NCBI RefSeq assembly: GCF_009914755.1
Contig: NC_060936.1
Length of the DNA stretch: 64,000 nt
From: the human T2T-CHM13v2.0 reference genome, Homo sapiens
Reading direction: 5' to 3' (one strand)
Made by a program: the position numbers and the translations under genes. Positions within the stretch are counted from its first letter, which is position 1, and each line of letters opens with the position of its first letter. Positions 1 through 14,465 of this stretch are shown one piece after another. The notes under the pieces were generated by a model, which searched no databases, was not told the DNA's origin, and saw only the letters and a list, made by a program, of their open reading frames with translations.

Positions 1-65
1 GCACTGCCAGTTCTGAGGAAAGACGAAGATTGGCTACCAGAAGTGTGGATTCACGGGCTGACCCC

Positions 66-1020
66 GGGGGCAAAACTGGGAAGAAGGCAAACTGTCAGCA
101 CTAGGACTGTGGACAGCTCCAAGAATAGAGAAGGGGAAAAAATCTGCAAGGTGAGCCAGGGCAAAGGTAGAAGTAAGGAACTCTCCCTAGATATTAGAAG
201 TCATGACACAGGTAGGGTCTGAAACTTGCTGAGCAGTTCAACTGCTGAGTTTGCACTAGGAATAAAGATCAGGATTAAATAGCAGGGCGACACCAAGGTG
301 TAACATCAATGTTGCTCAATTTGCCCTTCCCTTTCTCTGGTAATCAGAGAATCAATATCCATAGCCCCAGCTGAGGGAGCAGGGTGATCATGTGAGTTAC
401 ATACCTTTGCCACAGATCATTGGATCAGAAGAACATCTGACTCAAATGCAACCAATTCATTAGCTGACTGGAGATGCATCTGATCCACTCTCTCGAGAAT
501 TTAATATAAAAGATATACTAATTGCAGCTACTCAGATAGTGCTGGACACTAGATCTCGAAAGCCACAGAGATTAAGCACCAGTCAACACCACAACAACTC
601 AAAGTCACATGCAATCCAGGGTCATGAAGGAGCAGAAACTAAGAGCCTTCAAAAGAAGCTGGTGTGGGAAAGAACAAAGAAGATATGCAGAGAGTGGCAA
701 AGATGAGACACCATGTGATCCAAGAGGGAAAGGAAAATGGGTAGATTACCTGTCTGACAGCTTTCAGGTTCTCAAGAGATCTTGTGGTTATTCTTTCAGT
801 CGGGATCTCTGAGATCTCCTACATCTTTGTAATCTAACCAGGAAATCCTAATCCTGCAAGGTCCCCCACAGTCAGCATACATCTCATTGTTGTAATTGGC
901 CAGTTGTTCCAGATTCTTTGGACTGCAAAGGTCAGGAGACACACTCTAGGGGAAACACTGGGAAGAAGACCAACTGTCAGCACTAGGACTGTGGATAGCT
1001 GCAAGAATAGAGAGGGAAAA
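66..1020 (+). repeat. Dispersed direct repeat of about 75 bp (66-140 and 948-1020), probably related ancient LTR fragments
   Basis: Identical 24-bp core AACTGTCAGCACTAGGACTGTGGA at 90-113 and 972-995, with similar flanks (CTGGGAAGAAG...CAAGAATAGAGA..GGAAAA). Confidence 0.75.
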
Positions 1021-1937
1021 CATCTCCCCTAAGAACGAGTGAGTTATCATACAGATACTCATGAACTCGGTTCAAGGCCAGAGAAATGTCTGGGAACCAA
1101 GACAGGTTAAGAACAAGCTGCTCTTTATCTCCTTGTCTTGCTCAGAGCCTTCACAATCTCTCTCTGATAATGTCTCTGCCCCTCTCTGCTGCCTCTCTAT
1201 ACCAATTGGTTTATTCTTTCCCCCCATTCTGTGTAGCTTTCCTCTACTTCAAAGCTTCTGCTCTCTCATAGCTTTTACTTTTTCATAACTTCAGCCTGTT
1301 GTGACCCCCTCATAGCCCTACCTTACCTCATAGCTTCTCGTTATAGTTTCCTTCTACTTCAGATCCCACTGCTAACTGAATTTTCAAGTTCAGCTTCAAA
1401 AAAGGGAATATGATCAGCCCTGCTCATCATTTTGCACCAGGTCATGGGCTGCTGGCCAGTCTTTGATTTGACTATTCTTAGATCAACACTCACCCCTTAT
1501 ACAACCAGCTCCAGTGAGTAGGGCAGGTTCACATAGTACAAAACATAGCAATTTAGGACTATCCATTCAGAAGAGGTTATGAGCGTGGCAGACAATTTGA
1601 CCAACACATTTGATATTCCAACCTCTCCTTATCACAAATATGCTTAAGATATTGTCCTCTGTTTTCAAAAAAATTATGTAATAAGGCAATCTATCCTGTA
1701 ATATTAGCAATTATGTTTTAATTTTTTATCTTCTTCTTTTACTTTTTGGAAGTTTCCAAATTTTCCATAAGTAATATGTCCTAATTTTACAGATATATTC
1801 AGAAATATTACATTAACTATTAAGAAAACAGATATAGCATCATTTATACAACAAATGTATGGTGTGCAACAACCATGTACCATGCTAGATGCCATAAATA
1901 CAGCAGTTAACAATGAAGGATCTCTTGTCATGGAACA

Positions 1938-2058
1938 CAGGTGATCATATAATTTGTCAGCGAAATCAGGACACTTTTGAGAGTGAAAGCATTGCTATTA
2001 ATAATCAGACCAAGATAAAACTAGGACTCTGCTGAGTAAACCTGGGCAGCTAGTGAAT
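1938..2058. mobile_element. MER81-like hAT MITE
   Basis: GGTGATCATATAATTT...GGACACTTTTGAGAGTGAAAG...GCTATTAATAAT resembles the MER81 consensus. Confidence 0.6.
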
Positions 2059-2309
2059 GTTCCCATTTACGTAGGCCAGCTAACATTTTAACATTTTGAG
2101 CAGAGGACTAGCAGATATAGAGCCTTAACTCTCCTCTCACAAATTAATTTCTAAAGTAAGGAAATTCTGAGAATATGCCAGGCAAGCATTTGGGGACAGG
2201 AAGTCCTTTAAATCTCAAGATCCTCATTCTGCACTCTGGAAAACATCCACAGTCCTAGCTCAACCAAGAAGGACAAGGTAAGGGAAGAGTTGGTAAGAAG
2301 GGGAGCACA

Positions 2310-2515
2310 CATTGATCGATCATATACCATGTGCCAGCTATGGGGTTGGGTGCTCTCCATAAGTCATCGAAATTAATCTCATGACAACTCTGTATTGTAG
2401 ATATTGTTATATACCCATTCTGCTGATGAAGAAAACAAGACTCAGAGTTTACTTAACCAAGGTAGCACATCTAACATCAGGACTAAAATTGGATTCCAGC
2501 TCTAGCTAACCCCAC
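2310..2515 (-). mobile_element. MIR SINE
   Basis: Degenerate MIR core (CCCATTCTGCTGATGAAGAAAACAAGACTCAGAG; ATGTGCCAG). Confidence 0.65.
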
Positions 2516-4529
2516 TATATCAAGCCACCTTTCAAAAGTTAAATTTGAGATCTTAAGACACTGAACCATTATAACCTCCAGTTTCCCCTAGCAAAAATGT
2601 GATTAGTTATGAGTTTGTCATAAGAAGTCAAGTTATAGTGGTCATTTTCTTCATATGATCAGCTTCTCAGCTTACCCAAAGCAGAAATGTAGAAAATGAG
2701 CTTAACTGGATGCTGCTTCTTGGAGCATTTCTCATGGTCCTTATGTAGGTGGTATCTGAATTTGCCATGTAACTTGAAAATTAGATTTTTGAAGGCTATT
2801 AAAAGAAAAATTCTGAAGAGTGTGGTTAGCCCAGGGGAAAACACCCAAGATGCTAAAAAGCATTTGCAACTAATTTCCTATCAATTGAAACAAAAGAGAG
2901 TAATTCTATTGATACCAGATCTGTTAATTAAAGAGATACGTCAAATCTGTTTTCACAAATACCGTCGTAACTCAAATCTCTATTCACTTTAATGGGATTT
3001 GGCCTGCACCAACTCTTTCAAAGCATGAAAGTGGAGTAAAGTAGATTTTGCTAGGATGGTTTTACTATCTTTGTTTTGGTTTTTCCAATAAGTATAGCCT
3101 GTATGTATTATGTACATATAGTCTATTTGTCAAAAAAAAAAAAGGTATTCTGATCAAACACAAGTGGGGAGAAAAAGTCTCTTGAAATAAAATCACCTGT
3201 GAGATGTTTTTCACCACCCTGTTAGCAAAATTCATTTGCAGACTAACAGTCAAAGAATGTCAAAAATGTAAAAACTGCATGGAAAAGCATATTGTCTCTG
3301 TGATTTGTTTTATCTCTGCTTCAGATCACAATCATACATTTTGGACAAAATGTCTTTGGAGAAGCCGCATTGAAGATATTGCAACTGGAAGACCCTTCTG
3401 AAATAGAAAATCTCTATTTATCCTAAGGTCTCTCTTGAAACAAAAGAGCTTCCTAGCAACATATTTTGGAAATGCTGAAATTAAAGTTCAGGCTTATGTC
3501 CTTATGTACTTAAAATATGAGAGATGAGAAGATAAAAGAATAGAGTGCTGAGGAATGAAACTTTCTTTTAAGGCGTGAATGTTTGGGCTCGGTACATAAA
3601 TAGAAAGGGTAATTTCATTTAAAGAAAAAGAAAAATGAAATCCCTTTGTCTCACATAAGTAAATGATGTATCTGTTCCAGAACTTGCACAGCTCTTTACC
3701 TTTAGATCTCAAGCTGCAATTCAAACCAGTATTTTAAAATACTCAGGGTCTTTATTCTCCCCTTCAGTTTCTTCCATTAGCAGGGAAATGCAATCTTCTT
3801 TCATGTGGAGTAGCTGATAACAAAAAGTGGCTAGCACAAGAATGCCCCCACTGAATTCACAGTTGGCTTTGCAGAGCTGAATTACACAGAAATAAAGGCA
3901 ACTACTTACTGTCTCACTGAATTATGGATTTTAGAAAACTGTTTAATAAGGAGGAAAACACTTAAGACAGCTTCTATTGAATTTGGCACACACAGAAAAC
4001 TAACGAAACCAGAACTGATAACAGATTTTGTAGGGAAAGTTAAATTCTAATTTTATGATAGTGTAGAAGCCAAGATATCTTCACAAGGACAGATCCCACA
4101 ATAACTTTTATGTTAGTAATCTTGGAGGTGTGTGAAATTATATTTTTAAGTGGTCAATCTTTCTTTACCTGCAACTTTAGATTAAAAACTTTTGATACTT
4201 CTCTGTCCTTTATTAGGCTGCCAGATTTATAGAAATAAGAAACCCTTCAAACTTTTGCCACTTCCTCTCCTTCAGTTGTTCAATAGTTCAGCAGACTGGA
4301 TTATCGTCAGAATCAGATTGTAAATCCCTCACCAGATGGTAAACTTCTTAAGACTTTTGTCTTAAAATGTATTCATCTTTACGGAGCACTTAGTAAAGTT
4401 ACAGGAACAAAGCAGGGTCTTAGAAAATGTTTTTTAATTGATTTGAATGTATACAACAGATTCAAAAACTCACAAGAATTTTTGTGTTTGTCATTTTTTA
4501 ATTGTGCATTCATTTAGATTTGCTGATAG

Positions 4530-4950
4530 CTCACCAGTTATCAGCTACTCTGCTAAATGAATAGAATGAACCAGACACAGTCTTCACGCTGTGGCAGCTC
4601 TCAGTCTAATGTCAGGGAGGCAAGCAAGTGAACCAGACAGAACAATACTGTGCGATGAGCATCAAACATGTTGAAAGAACATGACAGAAGCATATGCTCA
4701 TTCAAAGGAGGAGCCGGAGCTTCTAGTAAAAGGTAATATCTAAACTGAAACTGTAAGCACATCATGGAACAAAGAGGGGGAAGGAGGTTCTAGGCAAAGG
4801 GAAAAGCATACTGCCAGCGTCAAGACATAAGAGGAAAACCATGTATTGGGAAACTGCAAACAGTTCAGTGAGGGGGGAGTCTAGAGTGCTCTGTAGGCAG
4901 GGACGGGACTTTGGAGTGCTTAGGGTACCATGTTAACTCAGTCTTTACAG
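4530..4950 (-). mobile_element. L2 LINE fragment
   Basis: L2-like 3' motifs (GAATGAACCAGACACAGTC; GTTCTAGGCAAAGGGAAAAGCATA). Confidence 0.5.
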
Positions 4951-5829
4951 GCAACTTTGGAATACTAATAATGGTGGTACTTCCGTGTGCTTGTCCATTG
5001 CCAAATGTTCGGACTTATCCAAGCTCTCATGATGGAGCTATTACTAGGGGCAAAGAAAAAAGAGAATATGCTTTTAAATAAGGTAAAATAATTCAAAATA
5101 ATGCTTTTAGTTTAATGGTTTTAGCATATAGACACAAGCACATTATATACTTCTTTTCCTACTTCCACTCTTTCTTCTTTCCCCTCCCTTAATCTTTGCT
5201 AGATTCTGATCCCAAGTATATGAAGTTATCATATGAAAGTGAATAGTGAGGCGAGGGGTGTGGAAGTTGAGCAGGAATAGGTATAAGAGGATATCAATTT
5301 TGAAGATAATTGTGCACAGGAGTCTTCCCTTATGAGCCCCCAAGCTATTAAAAATAATTAAACCTTTCTGTTCTATATGTTGAATCTACATAGAACTAAC
5401 TTTTCAGTAAGCTTTTGACTAATCGTGAAACATTTTAACAGTATTGCTTTTTTATCAAACTGAATATATTCAAAATAGGCCTTTGCTGTGAACTAAATAA
5501 AGTGAAATCACCTTTCTGGTGAGCAATTGAACAAAATATAGCAAAACTTTAAAACTTTTTATGCCTTTTATCCCAAAATCTTACCTCTAGGAAGCTACCT
5601 TAAGAAATAAACAAAAGACATGCACAAAGATTTGACTAAACATTATCATGTTTCGATGATCATCATGGCGATGACTAAACAACATCAAAAAATATTCCCA
5701 TCATGACCAGCTTCAATCTACCAACATAAAGTCATTGAATGCTGAGTTGAGAAGAGATACACATATTGGCTCCAGCACACCAGCAAAAAGGAAACACACA
5801 GAGCTCTCGCTCCAATTTCTGTTTTAGAA

Positions 5830-5833
<4 letters not shown>

Positions 5834-5871
<38 letters not shown>
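5834..5871 (+). repeat. (CA)19 microsatellite
   Basis: Read directly from the sequence. Confidence 0.97.
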
Positions 5872-5872
<1 letters not shown>

Positions 5873-8323
5873 CCCATCACTTCATTCACAGCTCATTGGC
5901 CAGAATTACTGGCATGGCTTTGCCTAGCTGCAACAGGATCCAGAAGGAAGAAACTGGATATTGGTGAGCACGGCAATGTTCTCCACAAAGCACTATCCTT
6001 GGGCTTCCTCTTTCATGCCTGACAAGTCCATCATACAATTTTCTTAAACAAAAATTATCCTCTCCCTAAAATAAATTCTACCACTAGCTTCAAAATAATG
6101 ATTTATTTTTACCTGTTATGTATATGATACACAGATATGAAGGAAAAAATTAAATTATTTCCAGGTAGATGGGTTTAGAAATTTTATTTTCTTTTTATTA
6201 AGTTGTATTTCCTAATTTTACCATGATAAACATGGATTGTTTTTATAATAACTTTTTTATGTTTAATATGTATGTGTATTTATTTATACACATATTATGT
6301 ATACATGATAAACAAACTTTTATAAATATGTTTTCCTTGCATAGTTCCTGCAAATTCTTCTTATTTTAACTCTAAGAAGAACCAGAAGGCAGAATACAGA
6401 AACATTTAGTTATCAGTTTTCTGGTCATTCCCAGAACTCATGTCAATCTACCTTTATGGTTTCTCTCCCATTTTGTCTTAAAAACCTTGTTTGGCATTGA
6501 CTGGCATAGTTAGTTCAAATCTAGATAATATTATATATTTCCCTTTACTCCAGTCAAATACTACAGCCTCCTCTCAATAACTGTGCCTCAGGCAAACCTG
6601 ACCAGTGTCCTCTAAACTCCTCCCATACCCACCAGTTAATGTTGAAAAACAGAAATATGAAAATTATTCAAGGAAAAATTTTTCTGACTTCTTCCATTAA
6701 ATTGTCTGAAGAAAAAAAATACTGTAATGAAAAAAAAATTTGACAGCCAATTCTTTGATTTTCACTTTCCATCTCATTTCCATGGTCTAAAATTTAATCC
6801 TCAGGATACACAAGGGAGGTTTTCTCCATCTCTGAAAACCCAAGAGCTGAGAGGATTGTTCAACTGGAAAAAATTACCCTAAATGAGCAAAGTATAGAAA
6901 TGTACTTATAAAATCTAAAGTTCCAAATAAATAGGAGGTATTATTACTACATTTCAGTACATCCAATACTGCAGTTTGTACTCAGTATACATGAGTTTTC
7001 TAGAAAGAAGTGTTACTTGTGCGTGCACACACACACGTCTATTTATTTTAATATCATCCCTCCACATAGTGCCTTTGCTATTTATTGTCTGCAGTATTGG
7101 AATAATTGGAAGAATAAAGATTTGCATCTTTATCTTTAACCTGGAATAAGTTAATTGTAATCTCTCTTCATTGTTGACTTGTAACTTAAGTTTATTTTCA
7201 AAGTGGATGCTAAAATAAATACATAAATCCATTTTTTTGAAGGTAAGAATAAAGCATGGCAAGAAAATTTATAAACACTTTAGAAGATGTTTGACACAAT
7301 TTTATTACCTCTGCAACATTCCCTTACATGTCAGGTACCCATATCCCAGCACTGGGTGTTTTGTCAGATAATGGAGGAATATTCATTGAATTGAAAAGAG
7401 CTGGAGTATGACATTAGATTACAACTTTTATATCCAAGAGAAGTACATAAGAGCAATGCCTTTTCTTCTTTTTATCTGCTTCCCCTTTCCCTTCAGGCAA
7501 AAATATAAATGAAAAATACCTTCTACGTTCAATCAAATACCAAAGATAAAATGCCCGATTGCTTGCTTGACTGCTTACAATGGAGGTCTAACAAATGTTA
7601 ATCTATTTCTGCAGCCAACAGAGAGGGGCAGCTGGAAAGAGGAGAAGAGGATTAGAAGAGCTTTTCCTCAGTGGCATTTTTGAGACTTCAAAATGCTCTT
7701 AGAAGCTACTTAACAACAAAATCAGTTGATCCCATTGTTGCAGCTCAGAATTCTGTTTCAGTATATCGCAGCTGAGTAAGGAAGCTAAGGCGCTGGAGTG
7801 GTATTAATGCATCACCCATGGATATGTCCAAAAGCTCTTAATTATAGCACCTTAAAGAAGTCTTACAAAAATCCTCCAGCCTTCCACAAGACCTGGGTCT
7901 CCTGGGGCCAGGACCACCAAAGAGAAAATAAAATCCCAGATCTCTGAGGGTCTCACCAAGTTGTATTTCTGGAACTTCATCTCGCTCCACTTCCACCCAC
8001 CCACCCCTACTCTAATTTCAAGCCCCCTTTATGGTGGAAGTGTGTGTAGAGATCCTCTTCCCATCCTCATGGGGCGTGAATGGCTCCCTGTTGTGCTGCT
8101 GCAGTTTCTGGTCTCATTCCTTTGATGCAACCACCAGTGCCAAGCTTTGAACATTAACACCTGTGACCCACCACTGCCTCCACTGAGGGGTCAGATGCTG
8201 CCCAGCAGCTGGAGAGGAGGAGGAAAAAGAGGTGGAATGTGAGAGGAAGCATCCTTTCTCCCTCCCTTCCTGCTATGGTTAATTTTATGTGTCAAGTTGT
8301 CTAGGTCATGATACCTAGTTGTT

Positions 8324-8702
8324 CGTCCCCTCCAAATCACGTGTTGAAATGTAATGCCCTGGTGGGAGGCGTTTGGATCACGGGGACAGATCCCTCATGA
8401 ATGGCTCAGCACCATCCCCTTGGTGATGAGTGAGTTCTCACTCTGGTAGTTCACAAGAGATCTGGTTGTTTAAAAGAGTGTGTCACCTCCCCCAGCCCTT
8501 GCTCCCTCTCTTGCCTTGTGATACACTGGCTCCTCTTCACCTTCCACCATGATTGGAAGCTTCTTGAGGCCCCTATCAGAAGCAGATGCCAGCACCATTC
8601 TTCCTGCACAGCCTGCAGAACTGTGAGCTAAAATAAACCTTTTCTTATAAATTACCCAGACTCAGGTATTTATTTATAGTAACACAAGAATGGACTAACA
8701 CA
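8324..8702 (+). mobile_element. MSTB-like MaLR LTR nested in MLT2
   Basis: GATCCCTCATGAATGG...GAGTGAGTTCTC...AAATTACCCAGACTCAGGTATT...GGACTAACACA. Confidence 0.85.
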
Positions 8703-9013
8703 GTATTATTCAAAGGTGATTAACATTTAAATCAGTCCTTTTTGAGTAAAGCAGCTTACCCACTATTATGTGGGTAGTCTTTATCCAATCAGTTCAAGGC
8801 ATTAAGAAAAAAGACTGAGGTTCCCCCAAAGAGGAAGGAATTCTGCCTCCATATGGCCTTCAGATTGCGATAGACAACACTGACTCTTGCTGGAATGTCC
8901 AGCCTGCCAGCTTGCCCTACAAATTTCAGAGTGAACAGTCCCACAGTTGGATGAGCCAATTCCTTAACATAAATCTCTCTCTCCTCTATTTCTCTCTCTC
9001 TTATAGTCTCGCT

Positions 9014-9089
<76 letters not shown>
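9014..9089 (+). repeat. Compound STR (GATA)15(GACA)4
   Basis: Counted directly from the sequence. Confidence 0.97.
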
Positions 9090-9100
9090 AATAGATGGAT

Positions 9101-10292
9101 AGTCATGTGTCATTTAATGACAGGAATACATTATGAGAAGTGTTTTGCTAGGCAATTTCATCGTTGTGTGAACATCACACAGTGTTATATTTACACAAAC
9201 CTAGATTGGTCCAGCCTACTACATTCTGAGGCTATGTGTATAGCCTATTACTCCTAGGCTACAAACCTGTACAGCATGTGACTACTGAATACTGTAGCCA
9301 TTGTAACACAGTGATTAGTATTTGCATGTCTAAACATAGAAAAAGATACAGTAAAATATAGTATAGTTTTTTTTAAACAGTATACCTGTATAGGGCACTT
9401 ACCATGAATGGAGCTTGCAGGCCTGGAAGTTGCTCTGGTTGAGTCAGTGAGTGGTGAGTGAATGTGAAGGCCTAGGACAAAGCTGTATACTACTGTACTG
9501 TAGAATTTATAAACATTGTACACTTAGGCAACACTGAATTTACGTTTTTAATTTTTCTTTCTTCAATAGTAAATTAACATGAGCTTACTGTAATTTTTTT
9601 ACTTTATAAGCTTTTTTTAACTTTTTGACTCTTTCATAATAAAACTTAGCTTAAAACACAAACACATTGTACAGCTATATACCATTTTTTGTATCTTTAT
9701 TCTATATGCTTTCTTATTTTCAATTTTTTCTTTGCTTTTTAATTTTTTTGTTAAAAACTAAAACACAAAAACATACATTTGCCTAGGCCTACACAAGGTC
9801 AGGGTCGTCAATAGCCTTCTCTTCCACCTCAAAATATCATTCCACTGGAAGGTCTTCAGGGGCAATAACACGCATGGAGCTGTCATCGCCTATGATAAAA
9901 ATGCCTTCTCCTGAAATACCTCCTGAAGGGCTTGCCTGAGGCTGTTTTACAGTTAACTTTTATGTTATATAAGTAGAAGGAGTACTCTAAAATAACAGTA
10001 AAAACGATAATATAATAAGTAAATAAATCAGTAACATAGTCATTTTATTATCATTATCAAGTATTATGTACTGTATATAACCATAAGCGCTATACTTTTA
10101 TATGACTGACAGCTCAGTAGTTTCTTTACACAAACAACTCCACAAACATATGGGTAACACATTGCGCTCTGACATTACAAGGGCTACAGCATCATTAGGT
10201 GATAGGAATTTTTCAGCTCCATGATAAGCCAATAATAGAACCACCATCAATATGCAGTCTATTGTTGACTGAAACATCATTCTACAGAACTT
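9101..10292 (+). mobile_element. Tigger3b-like TcMar DNA transposon (non-autonomous)
   Basis: AGTCATGTGTCATTTAATGACAGG start; TTACACAAACCTAGA, CCTAGGCTACAAACCTGTACAGCATG, TCCACTGGAAGGTCTTCAGGGGCAATAACAC; ends GTTGACTGAAACATCATT. Confidence 0.85.
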
Positions 10293-10296
10293 TGTG

Positions 10297-10355
<59 letters not shown>
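10293..10355 (+). repeat. (TG)n microsatellite with two CG interruptions
   Basis: 63 bp of unbroken purine-pyrimidine alternation. Confidence 0.97.
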
Positions 10356-12049
10356 ACTGGTTCTGACTCTCTAGAAAACCCTTACTAACACACTTTCCCA
10401 GCAGTCAAAACTTTCCACTCCTCATGAGACAGCCCATAGGGTCTAAAAAGTGGAGCTGCATGCTCAAGATCCCAACCCCTTCAATGAAGGCATCATCCAA
10501 CCCTTCACGGGTATAGGTTGTGAAGCCCAATCTTATGACTGGACTCTGAGTAATTTTCAGGGCTTTTTACACTGACCCACACCCTAAAGTTTGAAAGAAA
10601 ATAAGTAGCTAAAGAACATTCCCTTCTTCCCACATTCTGCCTCAGACCCAAAAAGGACCAGGGGATTTTGCCCGGTCTCCCAACCCAAGAGGATACTTTC
10701 CTTCTCTCTCTCCCCTCGGTCCCGGCTGCTGAGGAGAAATAACTTTCTGGTTAGTGAGAACTTGGAATTCAGCAGACATATGTCTGTATCCACCCTACAC
10801 TTCATGATGATTGAGCCTTGACACAGACAGGGGTTTTCTTCAAGATTACAAACAGGGAAGAGATCTCCCATGGGCATTATAAGACCAAAATGTGCATCAT
10901 TCCATTTCTCTGTTTGCCACTGATCTGGAGTTTGGACAGGAGAACAGTCTCAAATTCTACCTTGAGGCTTTCCATTGTTGCTGGCTCCTTAGTCTGAAAG
11001 CCAAGTCTTTCTTTGTAAGCATAAATCAAACTCTAGTGTTATCTTCCAAATTGTTCATTAGTAATTCAGAGGCATAGCTCTCTAAACAAAGATGAGTCTT
11101 CCTGGCCTATACCCTTTCCATGTGAATTTAATGTGCTTTATTGCCCTTCATCTTGTATGGGTCAAAACCAGTGTCTCATACTTCTTACCTTTCCCATTCT
11201 CTCTTGATCATTTTTTTGTTGTTGGTTTAGTCTCTCCAGTATGCAATTGACCTGAATTATTTCAAAAACTGCATTTTCCTTCCATTTCACATTTGCTCTA
11301 GAAACCAAACCTCAATATATTTCATCTCCATTCACTATATTTTACGGATTTCTTCTCTTATATCACAAGTTCATGGACAATCTGAGGAAGCTTGAATTAA
11401 AGTAGCCAATTGGCCTATCTACCTCATTTATATTTATTATCTTTATTCACATACACAGGGCACCAAATTTCTCTGGAAAATCAGCTGTGCTACTTCTAAG
11501 GTACAAAAAAAATGTGTAAGATTGTCTGAGAGATTTAAAGCTGTCGTCGTAGTAACTGGGAAATTACCACCTACAACCACTCCACTGAGGCCTGAAACTC
11601 AGTTAATTACCACTGCTTAATTAATCCAAGAGTCTCTCTCACTGAATGCCCAGCTGGGTTGTGAAAATAATCACTAAATAACCCAAAGGTCTTCCAGAAG
11701 CCAGGAGAACAGCACTTTGGCCTGCCTGTTGAGGCAGAGATCCCTCTGGTCTCCTTCTGGTTCACTGGAAAGCTGGTTACCACTAAGGAGAAAGGAAAGG
11801 TTAAAGATCTCTGAACAAAAGAGATTCACATACAAACGAGGCAATCTCTAGAATGTGAGCCACATTTCCTGGAGAAAGCGCAACATCCCATGCTCATGAA
11901 GAAGAAAGAAAGATCTGCAGATAAATAGCAAGTACCTTGGCTCCAGAAAGAAAAGATAGCCTAAAAAATTACCCTGGTGATATGTATGGAGGTGCCCCAA
12001 TCAGCTAAAAGTATAGTTTCTGACCAACAAGGCAAACAGTTTTTAAGAA

Positions 12050-12265
12050 TGCAAGATAGAGAGATAGGCTGAGTTCAAATTCTAACTCGCCATTCACCTG
12101 ATGGGTCATCTTCCTGAGCTTAACTAAGCTTCAGTGTCTTTATCTGTTAAGTGGGAGTCATCTTAGAATTGTGTGGAGGATTAAATGAGATCATCTAAAT
12201 TAAGTACTTAACTAAACATCTACCACATAGTAAATTCTTCATAAATGTTATAACTGATTATTATA
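12050..12265 (+). mobile_element. MIR SINE
   Basis: GAGTTCAAATTCT...CTTCAGTGTCTTTATCTGTTAAG...GAGGATTAAATGAGAT. Confidence 0.7.
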
Positions 12266-12589
12266 TATGAAGAATCCCATTAACAGTTATCTTATGCTCC
12301 AACCACTCCGAACAGCTGCTGAATAATTTGGAAGCAATTGTGACATCAGAAAAAGTCTTGGATTTTGAGATACTGGACAAAAAAAAAAAAAACTGAAGGA
12401 ACTGTGGATAGCATTCTTGTATTTAATCCCTGGGAAAGGTAAGAAATTTGAAAGACAAAAGAGGAATGAGAGTCCAGGAAATGAATTGCAAGTATTATTA
12501 GATGGGTACAGAGAATGGAGTTTGCCATCCTGAATGGTTGTTCAAATTCTCAGAACAACAGACCCACCTGGCTAGGGAAAAGTTGGTCT

Positions 12590-13300
<711 letters not shown>

Positions 13301-14046
13301 TTCTAAAATAGAGCAAACTAAGACATTTCAGATTAACAATGACTGATATTGAAAAAAGTTACCATACACAGGATCTTCTTGAAAAAAATACTAAAGGATG
13401 TTTCTTAGGAAGAAGGAAATTAAACCTACAATGAAGAAATGAAAGTAAAGAAAGTGAAGAAATAGGTGAAGCACTGACTGTATAAAACAATGCCAAAGGT
13501 ATTGACTGATCTTGTGCATGTGTGTTTTTAAAGATGGAATTAAATAATATACAATAATAACATGAAAGGAAAGAGATACTGCTTTTTCATGTAAAGAATA
13601 GAGATATTGATTACATTCAGACATTTTAGGTCAACTATGCATGCAAAAAAGGAAGGTAGCACCTAAAAAGGTAGAATAACATGCAACGTCCAGAAGACAA
13701 GGTGACGTGGGTAGCTGCACAGAATAAAGAAAACTCAATCAATCTAATAGACCCCATCTCCCCCAAACACATACACATGAGAGAGCAAGAGAAGAATCCA
13801 AGGGCTATGTGGTACTTATAAAGTATAAAATGAAATGGTAGAAATAGATACATCAGCAATCACAATAAATATGCACATACTAAACTCACCAGTCTTACAT
13901 TGGTTTTTTGGCACATACACTTTCCAATTATATGCTATTCATAAGAGACACACCTAAAACATAATTCCAAAAATGTTGAAAGTAAAGAGGTAAAAAATTA
14001 CGTAATGAAATAATACTTACCAAAATAAAATAAATACAGTCAGAGT

Positions 14047-14056
14047 CAAGATGGCC
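14047..14056 (+). promoter_or_regulatory. YY1 site of the L1 internal promoter
   Basis: CAAGATGGCC at the L1 5' end, the established YY1 motif position. Confidence 0.75.
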
Positions 14057-14210
14057 GAATAGGAACAGCTCTGGTCTGAAGCTCCCAGCATGATCCACAC
14101 AGAAGACAGGCGATTTCTGGATTTCCAGCTGAGGTACCCGGTTCATCTCATTGGGACTGGTTGGACAGTGGGTGCAACCCACAGAGGGTGAGCCGAAGCA
14201 GGGCAGGGCA

Positions 14211-14465
14211 TCACCTCACCCTGAAAGCACAAGGGGTCGGGGAATTTCCCTTTCCTAGCCAAGGAAAGCCGTGACAGACTACCTGGAAAAATGGGACACT
14301 CCCACCCAAATACTGTGCTTTTCCCAAGGTCTTAGCAACCGGCAGATTCTCTCCCGTGCCTGGCTCGGCAGCACCCACGCTGATGGAGCCTTGCTCACTG
14401 CTAGCATAGCAGTCTGAGATCGATCTGCAAGATGGCAGCTTGGCTGGGGGAGGGGCGTCTGCCAT
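14211..14465 (-). CDS. L1 ORF0-like antisense ORF (84 aa, MADAPPPAKLPSCRSISDC...)
   Basis: N-terminus resembles ORF0 (MAGAPPPASLPPCSLISDC); context GCAATGG; open to the stop at 14211. Expression is unknown. Confidence 0.55.
   Translation of the reverse strand: MADAPPPAKLPSCRSISDCYASSEQGSISVGAAEPGTGENLPVAKTLGKAQYLGGSVPFFQVVCHGFPWLGKGNSPTPCAFRVR

Larger units (their letters stand above)
8271..10392 (+). mobile_element. MLT2 (ERVL) solo LTR interrupted by MST, Tigger3 and STRs
   Basis: Starts TGCTATGGTTAATTTTATGTGTCAA; resumes at 8703 (GATTAACATTTAAATCAG...AAGAGGAAGGAATTCTGCC); ends CTAGAAAACCCTTACTAACACA; near-TSD CTTCC/CTTTC. Confidence 0.8.
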
